Assembly (NCBI GenBank): GCA_965261595.1
Contig: CBDHDG010000005.1
Coordinates: 192,001-256,000 of the forward strand
Reading direction: 5' to 3'
Length of the DNA stretch: 64,000 nucleotides
Source of the DNA: a bacterium
GTDB taxonomy: Bacteria > UBA8248 > JACPRG01 > G963555815
Position 1 is the first letter of the stretch. Every line of letters begins with the position of its first letter. Under the pieces are notes generated by a model. The model saw only the letters and a program-made list of their open reading frames with translations. It was not told the origin of the DNA and made no database searches. The position numbers and the translations under genes are program-made. Positions 49,791 through 58,132 of this stretch are shown here, one piece after another.

Positions 49791-50560
49791 AACACTTCCG
49801 GCAGAACCCCTTCAACAGCGGAAAATGACAGAGATGAGGTTGCCAGGAGGACCAGGAGAAATACGGTTTCCGCCACTTCGTTGGCGGCGCCGCAAACGTC
49901 TCCCGTCACGCCGTGGATTTTCCGCCAGACGACGCGAAGCAATATTCCCAACCCCCCCAGGGCTCCCAGCAGCGCGCATATCCCCGCGAATTTGAGGACG
50001 GAAAACGCCGCGACAATCATCAGAGACAAGGCGAGCGGCCAGTCCCACTTCGAGCGATGATCGGCGAACGCTTTGCCGAGACCGGAGGGTCGCGCGTAGG
50101 GAAAGGCCAGAACCATGACCATCGACCCGCGTCCGATGGCCGGCGCGACCAGAATCCCTCCCCTGCAGAACTCCTCGGACAAGGAGGCGAGCACGGCGGT
50201 TTTCAGAAGGAGCACGGTGACGATGGCGATGACGCCCATGGCGCCGACCTGCGGATCTCGCATGATCCGGAGCGCGTGGTCTCGATCCTTTCCGCCGTAA
50301 ACGCCGTCAACGGTGTCGGCCAGTCCGTCCAGGTGGAAAGCGCCGGAAAAGAGGATCAGAACGACCAGGGTCAGCACCCGCGCGGCCAAAACCGGAAGGA
50401 AGGCGCTGAACAATAGATAGGCGCCCAACAAAACGCCGCCGATGAGCCCGCCCACGATCGGAAAGAAGACCGCCGAACGTCCGATCTCCTTTTCCGTCGC
50501 GCCCTCGGCGGATAGGGGGATGCGTGTGAGAAATTGAACCGCCACCCAAAGGGATCTCAC
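49772..50560 (-). CDS. cobS: Adenosylcobinamide-GDP ribazoletransferase (cobalamin synthase)
   Basis: FLTRIP, GAFHLDGLADTVDG, IMRDPQVGAMG, GVTGDVCGA..E. Confidence 0.95.
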   Translation of the reverse strand: MRSLWVAVQFLTRIPLSAEGATEKEIGRSAVFFPIVGGLIGGVLLGAYLLFSAFLPVLAARVLTLVVLILFSGAFHLDGLADTVDGVYGGKDRDHALRIMRDPQVGAMGVIAIVTVLLLKTAVLASLSEEFCRGGILVAPAIGRGSMVMVLAFPYARPSGLGKAFADHRSKWDWPLALSLMIVAAFSVLKFAGICALLGALGGLGILLRVVWRKIHGVTGDVCGAANEVAETVFLLVLLATSSLSFSAVEGVLPEVFWRWRL

Positions 50561-50583
50561 GTTCGCTTCAGTCCTCCGTTTGT

Positions 50584-51666
50584 CTATGCCTTGCCCCGCG
50601 CGCCATGAGGTTTCCCTCTTTCGGCGCCCGCGCTACCTGAAACCCGCGCTTCTTCAAAGGTTGCCATCTCGTCGAGAACCTTGCCCGCCGCCTCGATGAT
50701 GTTCATCGCGAGAACCGCGCCCGTGCCTTCGCCAAGGCGCATGTCGAGGTCTAGAATGGGCTTGAGTCCCAACCACTCAAGCGAAACGGAATGACCCGGT
50801 TCCGCGGAACGATGCCCCGCAAACAGAAAGTCTTTGACCGAATGACAGAGCGTCGCGGCAATCAGCGCCGCGGCCGCCGAGATGAAACCGTCGATGACGA
50901 TCGGAATCCGTCGCGCGGCGGCGCCGAGCATGACGCCCGCCAGTCCCCCGATTTCGAATCCTCCGATCTTCGCCAGGATATCCAATCCATCCGATGGGTC
51001 CGGGCGGTGCTTGGCAATGGCCCCCCGAATGACCTGGATCTTGTGTTGCAGCGCAACGTCGTCGATGCCTGTCCCCCTTCCGGCGGTCTCTTCCGGCGGC
51101 CGTCCCGTGACGGCCGCCGTAATGGCGCCGGCCGCCGTGGTATTGCCGATCCCCATTTCGCCGGTCCCGATGAGGTCCGCTTCCCGGACGAGCTCGACAC
51201 CCGTCTCGACGGCGCGAACCGCCTGGTCCCGCGTCATCGCCGGCTCGCGGAAGAAATTGCGCGTGCCTGGACCGATCGGACGTGAGAGGAGGGCGGGATC
51301 AGGGTCCGGATCGGAGACCATCCCCAAGTCGGCCAAGATCATCTCTACGCCGGCATGCTTGGCCAAGACATTGATCGCCGCTCCGCCCTGTAGGAAGTTG
51401 CTGACCATCTGCCCTGTGACTTCCCGCGGGTAGGCGCTCACCCCCTCGGCGACGACCCCGTGGTCCGCCGCCAATAAGAAAATCATCTTGCGGCGGATCC
51501 GGGGTCTTGGATTTTTCGTCATGCCGGCGAGTCGGACAGAAATTTGTTCGAGAACCCCCAGACTACCCGGCGGCTTGGTCAGCGAGTCCAGACGTTCCCT
51601 CGCCCGCTCCATCGCGGATCGGTCCAGGGGGGCAATGGCCGTGAGGGTTTGTTTCAGCCTTTCCAT
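50584..51666 (-). CDS. cobT: Nicotinate-nucleotide-dimethylbenzimidazole phosphoribosyltransferase
   Basis: LTKPPGSLGVLE, AADHGV, GEMGIGNTT, GRGTG, RLGEGTGA, MATF. Confidence 0.96.
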   Translation of the reverse strand: MERLKQTLTAIAPLDRSAMERARERLDSLTKPPGSLGVLEQISVRLAGMTKNPRPRIRRKMIFLLAADHGVVAEGVSAYPREVTGQMVSNFLQGGAAINVLAKHAGVEMILADLGMVSDPDPDPALLSRPIGPGTRNFFREPAMTRDQAVRAVETGVELVREADLIGTGEMGIGNTTAAGAITAAVTGRPPEETAGRGTGIDDVALQHKIQVIRGAIAKHRPDPSDGLDILAKIGGFEIGGLAGVMLGAAARRIPIVIDGFISAAAALIAATLCHSVKDFLFAGHRSAEPGHSVSLEWLGLKPILDLDMRLGEGTGAVLAMNIIEAAGKVLDEMATFEEARVSGSAGAERGKPHGARGKA

Positions 51667-52172
51667 TCAGCCCCCTTCACCCAAACCGGAACCCCGCAAA
51701 CCATCAGGATCACCTCATCGCAGCGCTCGGCGGCGATGCGGTTCAGCCGTCCGGCCAGCTCTCGGAACCGCCGGGCAAGGGCATTTTCGGGGACGATTCC
51801 GCAGCCCACCTCGTTGGTGACCACCAACAACCGGCAGGGGGGCGAGTCAAATATGCGAGTCACCTCCGCGTCGATTTCCGACTCGGATACGCCGTCAACG
51901 AACATCTGGGAAATGAGCAAGGTCAGGCAGTCGATGATCGCGGCGTCATATTCAGCGGCGAGGACCACCGCGATCTCCCGGGTTCCTTCTACCGTGCGCC
52001 AAGTCGAAGGACGCTCCGCGCGATGACGTGCGACCTTGGCCCGCATCTCATCGTCACCAGGGACGCACGTGGCTACGAACAGGACATTTTCACCGCACCG
52101 AGCCGCGCGCTCGCACGCGTAGCGGCTCTTTCCGCTTGCCGCGCCTCCCGTGATGAGCGTGATGGCGGTCAA
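51654..52172 (-). CDS. cobU: Bifunctional adenosylcobinamide kinase/guanylyltransferase
   Basis: TGGAASGKS, HRAERP, DCLT, TNEVGCGIVP..RRFR..G. Confidence 0.93.
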   Translation of the reverse strand: MTAITLITGGAASGKSRYACERAARCGENVLFVATCVPGDDEMRAKVARHRAERPSTWRTVEGTREIAVVLAAEYDAAIIDCLTLLISQMFVDGVSESEIDAEVTRIFDSPPCRLLVVTNEVGCGIVPENALARRFRELAGRLNRIAAERCDEVILMVCGVPVWVKGAEWKG

Positions 52173-52735
52173 GGAAGAGCCTCCCGTGTCTCACGCACGT
52201 TGTGGAGGAACAAACAGGCGGGAGGCGCTTCCGGTTTCCAGAATTCATCCAGGCGCCGGGCAAGCAGTATCCTGATGGGACCCCCATGTGTGATGAGCGC
52301 GATGGTTTGGCCGGGAGCTCGGCGGGCCAGATCACCAACAAAACAACGGATTCTTTCGGCGAGGCGGGTGAGGGATTCCCCGCCCGGCGGGCTCACGCTT
52401 TGGGGGTCATCGAGCCAGCGGCGGTAAAGCGATGGGTAGGCCCGGGCAAGGCTGTCGGAGGTCTGGCCCTCCCAGCGGCCAAAGTGCAGCTCCCGCAATT
52501 CTTCCGTATGGATGATGTTGGATTGAGGCGCCAGGATCTCGGCCGTTTCACAGCAACGACAAAGATCGCTGGAAAAAACTTGATCCACGTGAAATTTTTG
52601 GAAGCGTTGCCGCAGACGGAGGGATTGCCGCCGGCCATTGGAAGTAAGGGGGGTGTCTACGTGGCCCGCATATCGGCTTTGGGAACCCAGGACTGACTCG
52701 CCGTGACGGATAAGGAGAATCCGGGTCACAAACAA
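52169..52735 (-). CDS. cobC: Histidine phosphatase, probable alpha-ribazole phosphatase
   Basis: IRHGES, SSDL.RC, LRELHFGRWEG, PGGES, THGG; first gene after B12 riboswitch. Confidence 0.85.
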   Translation of the reverse strand: MFVTRILLIRHGESVLGSQSRYAGHVDTPLTSNGRRQSLRLRQRFQKFHVDQVFSSDLCRCCETAEILAPQSNIIHTEELRELHFGRWEGQTSDSLARAYPSLYRRWLDDPQSVSPPGGESLTRLAERIRCFVGDLARRAPGQTIALITHGGPIRILLARRLDEFWKPEAPPACLFLHNVRETREALP

Positions 52736-52852
52736 ACTCCCAACTGTCAGCTTGGGAGGGACTGCACCCGTGTCCTTGATCCCTCTATTCCGGGTATTAA
52801 ATTGCCCGGGCGACGTCCGCTCCCTCCATCGGAGAGCTTGATACGCGCTGGC

Positions 52853-53010
52853 TCAGGCAGGTCTTCTGGCTTCTGGACTTCCTACTCCCGCGCCTTCCCG
52901 GCCTCATCAAGAAGCCAGTGGCCTTGCGGTTTCGTTTCCAGTTACAGCGGCGGGACCGCCCCCGATTCTCACGGGGTTCCCTATTAAGCCTTCTCAGGCG
53001 CCTGGGCTTG
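52853..53010 (-). ncRNA. Cobalamin (AdoCbl) riboswitch
   Basis: Minus strand shows AATAGGGAACCCCGTG..CGGTCCCGCCGCTGTAA..GCCACTG..GGGAAGG..AGCCAGAAGACCTGCC (B12 box). Confidence 0.93.
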
Positions 53011-53152
53011 AGTTCGTTTATAGCTTAACGCTCTGCCGGATGTCAAGAATCACATTGGAAGCGCCAAGCATTCCCTATGCAGGGCGATTTGTTGACGAAG
53101 CCGGACGATGTTTCCCTCGGGAAGATGGAAAGGAATATCCTGATTCGAACCG

Positions 53153-53833
53153 CTAAGCTCGACCTTCGACTCCTTCGAAGCGTTTGGAAAATAACCCCGC
53201 TATTCCACCCAGAATGAGCCAGTATATGGCAGATGTTGCAAATGTGACCATCACGAAGGAGCGCGATAATTGTTCCGGCGCCAGACCCCCGTGTTCCTCC
53301 GGAAGAGGGGCGCCAACGATATGAGGGAGAGCGATGAGGAGCACACCGAGACCCTTCCAATGGGCGCCCGCCTTGAACAGGAGCAGAATGAGTCCGCCGC
53401 CGGTTCCCGCGACAGTCGCAACCCACCACATCTGCCGTTCCTGAAGAGGCGCAGCGAGCGAGCCGGGCAGCTCAGGGGAAAGCCCGATGGATGGGGCCAA
53501 GAAGAAGGTCGCGAATCCACCCAGGCCCCAGAGGATGCCCTTTCTCCAGTCCACATCTCCATGGATGGTAAAGGCCGCGATCAGAAGGAGGGCGAAACCG
53601 ATAGAGGTTAGAACATTCGAGATGACTGTGAGTGCGGTCCGAGAAAATCCCCCTTCTTCTTCGTCACGAGGAGTCTGGCCGGCCTTGGTCATCTCCTCTT
53701 GTTTCTCGTAGGTCTCCGCTTTAAGAATCAGCGGAATGGCGCCAAAGGATTGCAAAGCGGAGAGAATCAAGCCGGCGACGAGTCCGGAAATCGCCGCGGC
53801 GAAGACGATGCGTCGAAACTTGACCGGAAGCAT
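53153..53833 (-). CDS. cbtA: Cobalt transporter subunit CbtA
   Basis: FRRIVFAA..GLVAG, PLILKAETYE, GILWGLGG, PSIGLSPELPG, RQMWW, PHIVGAP. Confidence 0.9.
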   Translation of the reverse strand: MLPVKFRRIVFAAAISGLVAGLILSALQSFGAIPLILKAETYEKQEEMTKAGQTPRDEEEGGFSRTALTVISNVLTSIGFALLLIAAFTIHGDVDWRKGILWGLGGFATFFLAPSIGLSPELPGSLAAPLQERQMWWVATVAGTGGGLILLLFKAGAHWKGLGVLLIALPHIVGAPLPEEHGGLAPEQLSRSFVMVTFATSAIYWLILGGIAGLFSKRFEGVEGRA

Positions 53834-53841
53834 TTTTCCGC

Positions 53842-54039
53842 TCAATGACAGGGAAACGCGGAGGCGTGGCGTATGTCGTGGGCAGCGTCGTGAATGGCCT
53901 GGGGCTGGGCGAAGGTGACGCCATAAAGGATTGCTATGCCGAGCAGGGCCGCGCAAAGGGCGGATTTAACCGCCGTGACGCGCTGGCTTACGGGCCCCGC
54001 AATAGCCCGTTGCGTCAACTCCGACTGCAGATTCACCAT
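53842..54039 (-). CDS. cbtB: Cobalt transporter subunit CbtB
   Basis: One TM followed by IHDAAHDIRHASAFPCH; AGGAG RBS. Confidence 0.9.
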   Translation of the reverse strand: MVNLQSELTQRAIAGPVSQRVTAVKSALCAALLGIAILYGVTFAQPQAIHDAAHDIRHASAFPCH

Positions 54040-54419
54040 CGTATAAGCTCCTTTGACTTGTAGCGGGATCCCTACACAAAACCCCGTAATGGATTGATGG
54101 CAACCCAAAAATCCCTCGCAGTTTATCACAAGCGGAGCATGGGAGGAAGTGGAGTCGAATCAGAGTTGGCCCGATTTCGTGGACCTTGCCCGCGGAATCG
54201 TGATGATTCGAGTCCGGAAGAGCAAGAGTCGGAAGGAGCGAGACATCTTCGTTGGAACTCGCTTGACAGAAATCCTCGGAGTGGCTAAAGATAAAGATGA
54301 AGACGTGTTCAAAGGCCCAAAGGGGGATCCGATTTGTTCGGTCGGATGGTCGAAATATGGTCGAAGTGGGGGGCCATTATCAAGAGCCGATTCGGCTAAA
54401 TATTTCAAACTAAAAGCGT

Positions 54420-54497
<78 letters not shown>

Positions 54498-54503
54498 TAA
54501 TTC

Positions 54504-54542
54504 AAGGGGTTGCCGATACATTCGGCAGCCCCTTTTGTTTTT
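54504..54542 (+). terminator. Intrinsic terminator after tRNA-Pro
   Basis: AAGGGGTTGCCGA-TACAT-TCGGCAGCCCCTT followed by T-rich tract. Confidence 0.85.
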
Positions 54543-54808
54543 GTGATCGAGTCTATGTTCGAACGATGCCTTGGGCGGCTAAAAGACCATACCTCTGAAG
54601 CGAAGGGCTTCCGGATTTCGTCGGAATCAATGAATTGCTCATGCGCGGACGGACGGCTTTTGGCTTCCCCCCGTCGGAGAGCCTAAATTGAACGGGACGA
54701 AGAGGGTTTCGCGGCCCTTTTCTCCGTCATCGGAAGCGTGATTTGAGCCGCGGACCGGTCCGGCCCCTGGCATTCTGGGCGATGGGCCGCTCAGAGGGAG
54801 GTCAGGAA

Positions 54809-55536
54809 GTGAAGGGGTCCATCACCATTGCCCTGGCACTGATCCTGACGCCGGCCGGGCCGGTCTTGACGCCGCACGCCCAAGGCGCGGAAGAGATTAC
54901 GCTTCGCCTGATCGAGGCGGACGGAACGATCGGCCGCAGGGTGCGGGGAGGGATACTTCACGGCGACGGCGGGTTCTCCCCGATGGCCGAAGGGGTGATT
55001 TACCTTCGGGATGGAACGGTGGCGTTTGAGCGGGGGGGCTTCCTGATCCTTCCCGATGGGGGGCGATTTCCGTCCTCTCACCGGATCGGGGGTCCAAGGA
55101 GGTCCGGGACGAGAATGGAAAGCGTTATCGGATTTCTCCCGGATTTCACTTGGAGAAGGAAGCCGACAGCGGGCGGCACTTTGTCGTTCCGGAGGGCGGC
55201 GCCGTCGTCCTGGATCGGGAGGGGCGCTATCACGTCCTCCCGCCGGACGCCCGCCTCGAGCGGGACGGGAACGGCCGCACGATCGTTGTCCCGCCGGGGG
55301 CTGAGCTTGTTCTCGACGATTTCGGAAGGGCTTACGTGGTTCCGAAGGGCATGCGCATCGTCTTTCTCCCCTCGGCGACCCGGCCGCCCCGTTACGTGGT
55401 CCTCCCGTCCGGGGCGGAGGTGGTGAAGGCCGGAGGCCGGGCCTACGTTGTCCCCAAGGGAGGAAAGCTTGTCCGCGAGGAGACCGACCGCTGGCCGCCG
55501 AGGTTCAAGGTCGTCTTCGGGGATGAGGGGGAGTAA
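54809..55536 (+). CDS. Secreted protein with ~17-aa beta-hairpin-like repeats; frameshift at G6 run 55058-63
   Basis: GGAGG RBS, signal peptide ending AQG; repeats GRHFVVPEGG/GRYHVLPPDA/GRTIVVPPGA/GRAYVVPKG in the -1 frame. Confidence 0.6.
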
Positions 55537-55638
55537 GCCCCCAACGCCGCTTCGGGGCCGGTGGGCGTTTCACGGTGGGCGGATCCGGATGAACCGAGCG
55601 GTGGCCGTTCGGGTTTGGGAGAGATTCAACTCCCGCGC

Positions 55639-56454
55639 CTAAAGTGACCATTTCCTGATCCTGGAGGGTTTTTTCTTCATCTGAACGGGTTCGATGAGGG
55701 TTTTCTCGACTTCGGATTCCAGGCTTTTCCAGATGCGCTTGACCGTTCTGGCGAAGGCGGGGTCGGACATGCTGTCGAACGTGCGCGGACGGGCGAGGGG
55801 GACTTCGACCACCTCGATCACACGTCCGGGCCCGGCTGAGAAGACCGCCACCCGGTCGCACAGCAGGACGGCCTCCTCCAGGTTGTGCGTTACATAGACG
55901 AACGTCTTGTTCTCCCTTTTCCAGAGTTCCTCCAACTCCTGCCGCATGAGGATGCGCGCCTGGGGATCGATCTGGGCGAAGGGCTCATCGAGCAGGAGCA
56001 CCTCGGGGCTTGTGGCCAGGGCGCGGCCGATGCCCGCGCGCTGCTTCATCCCGCCCGAGAGTTGTGCGGGGTAGAGGGTTTCCGTCCCCCGAAGGCGGAC
56101 CTTGCCCAAAAAGAAATCCGCGATGCGCCGGTAGATGCGCTTGGGCGCGCCCTTGACCTCCGGGCCGAAGCCCACGTTGCCCCGGGTGTACCGCCACGGC
56201 ATCAAGGCGAAGTTCTGAAAGACCATCGCCGAGCGTTGCTCACTCCTTTGCTCGCCGGTGAATACAATCGACCCGGAGGTGGGCTCCTTGATCTCGCCCA
56301 GAAGGTGAAGGAAGGTGGTCTTCCCGCAGCCGTTGGGGCCGATGACGCCGAAGAAGGCGCCGTCCTCGATGGTCAGGTTGACCCCATCCAGGGCGACCTT
56401 CTCCGTGTCCCGGCCGGTGTAGACATACGTCAGGTCCCGGACTTCGATCTTCAT
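55639..56454 (-). CDS. ABC transporter ATP-binding protein (TauB/NitT/SsuB family)
   Basis: GPNGCGKT, VFQNFALMPW, LSGGMKQR, LLLDEPF, VTHNLEEA. Confidence 0.92.
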   Translation of the reverse strand: MKIEVRDLTYVYTGRDTEKVALDGVNLTIEDGAFFGVIGPNGCGKTTFLHLLGEIKEPTSGSIVFTGEQRSEQRSAMVFQNFALMPWRYTRGNVGFGPEVKGAPKRIYRRIADFFLGKVRLRGTETLYPAQLSGGMKQRAGIGRALATSPEVLLLDEPFAQIDPQARILMRQELEELWKRENKTFVYVTHNLEEAVLLCDRVAVFSAGPGRVIEVVEVPLARPRTFDSMSDPAFARTVKRIWKSLESEVEKTLIEPVQMKKKPSRIRKWSL

Positions 56455-56608
56455 GATGGGAAAATCCTCCGTCCCGGCGGCGTTCCCCAGGCCCGCTCGC
56501 TCCGCGGCCCCCCCCTGCCAATCGCCTATGATACCATCGTCTCAACGGACGTTCCGTTCGTCCATCCGATGAATGCAGCCAAAAAGTTCGGACCGGGGAG
56601 GATAATCC

Positions 56609-57595
56609 TTGACCATCGATCTGCACGCTCACTATGTCCCGGGGGCCTATCTGCGTCTCATGCAAAAGGAAGCGGCGAGGTTCAACACCCGCTACGGCGA
56701 GGATGAGCAGGGCCGGCCCTACGTCGAGCATCCCGGCAGGGGCCGCGCGTTCTTTACGAATGAATTCACGGACAAGGACGCCATCCGGGCGCGAATGGAC
56801 AGGGCCCGGCTGGACCGCCAGATATTCTCCCCCCCGCCCCAGCTCTTCCACTACGACCTGGCGCCGGAGCCGGGGCTGGAGATCGCCCGCCTCTGGAACG
56901 ACGCGCTGGCGGAGTTCACGGCGGAAGACCCGAAGCGGTTCGGCGCGCTGGCTTCCGTCCCGCTGCAAAGCCCCGAGGCCGCCGCGACGGAGCTTCGCCG
57001 GGCGGTGAAGGAGAAGGGCCTGCTGGGCGTCGAGATCGCGACCAACATCAACGGAAAATATCTGGATGAATCCGGGCTGGACCCGTTCTTCGAAGAAGCG
57101 GCGTCACTCGGCATCCCCGTCCTGGTGCACCCGTGGAATCCCCCCGGGGGGGACCGGATGAGCGAGTACGCCTTGTTCGAGGTGGCGGCGTTCCCGTTCG
57201 ATTCGACCGTTTGTCTGATCCGTTTGATGTTGAGCGGAACGCTCGACCGGTTTCCCGATGTCCGGTTCTGCTTCGTTCACGCGGGGGCCTACGTGCCGAC
57301 GCTACTGGGCCGAATCCGGCGGGGGATGGAGGTCTATCCCGATATGGCCGGGAACCTGAAGGCCGGGCCGGAGGAATACCTGAGGCGGCTCCATTTCGAC
57401 ACCATCATCCTCAGCGCCCCGGCCCTTCGTTTCGTCATCGATTGCGTGGGGATCGATCGGTTGTTCCTGGGGAGCGATCACCCCTTCGGCGTCGGGGACC
57501 CGGACCCGGTCACCTCGGTCGAGGCTTTGGGCCTCCCGCCGGAGCAGGAAGCGGCCATCATGGAAGGGAACGCGAAGAGATTGTTGGGGATGTAG
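56609..57595 (+). CDS. Amidohydrolase_2 family (ACMSD-like decarboxylase/hydratase)
   Basis: IDLHAH, WNDALAE, ASVPLQ, VLVHP, HAG, GSDHPF. Confidence 0.88.
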   Translation: MTIDLHAHYVPGAYLRLMQKEAARFNTRYGEDEQGRPYVEHPGRGRAFFTNEFTDKDAIRARMDRARLDRQIFSPPPQLFHYDLAPEPGLEIARLWNDALAEFTAEDPKRFGALASVPLQSPEAAATELRRAVKEKGLLGVEIATNINGKYLDESGLDPFFEEAASLGIPVLVHPWNPPGGDRMSEYALFEVAAFPFDSTVCLIRLMLSGTLDRFPDVRFCFVHAGAYVPTLLGRIRRGMEVYPDMAGNLKAGPEEYLRRLHFDTIILSAPALRFVIDCVGIDRLFLGSDHPFGVGDPDPVTSVEALGLPPEQEAAIMEGNAKRLLGM

Positions 57596-57658
57596 CGCTT
57601 TGGGGAGAGAGGGAGGGGGGGAGAAGCCAGCCGGAATCGGCGCCCCCGGGGCGCTTCG

Positions 57659-58132
57659 TCAGGTCTTCATCATCTTCGCGGCCTGTTGGATGGCGCGGAT
57701 GATCTCGAAGTAGCTGGTGCAGCGGCAGAGGTTGCCCTCCATGAACTTCTTGATCTCCTTCTCGGTCGGATCGGGATTTTCGTCCAGGAGGGCCTTCGCC
57801 GTCATGATCATCCCCGGCGTGCAGTACCCGCACTGAAACCCGCCCTGATCGATGAACGCTTCCTGGAGGGGATGGAGCTCGTCCTCGCTCGGGGCGAGGC
57901 CCTCGATGGTCTTGATGTCCGTCCCGTCGGCAAAGGGGGCCAGCAAGACGCACGTGGCCACCGGCCGGTCGTCGAGAAGGACCGTGCAGGCCCCGCAGAC
58001 CCCCAGTCCGCACACCTCCCGGGGGCCCGTCATCCGGAGCTGGTTGTGGAGGACGTCCATGAACGTGTGGTGAGAGCGGACGGTGATCCGGCGCTCCTCA
58101 CCGTTCAGCGTGAAGCGAATTTCCCGTTCCAT
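57659..58132 (-). CDS. (2Fe-2S) small subunit of xanthine-dehydrogenase-family molybdoenzyme (CoxS-like)
   Basis: CGLGVCGACTV, QCGYCTPG, GNLCRCT. Confidence 0.93.
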   Translation of the reverse strand: MEREIRFTLNGEERRITVRSHHTFMDVLHNQLRMTGPREVCGLGVCGACTVLLDDRPVATCVLLAPFADGTDIKTIEGLAPSEDELHPLQEAFIDQGGFQCGYCTPGMIMTAKALLDENPDPTEKEIKKFMEGNLCRCTSYFEIIRAIQQAAKMMKT

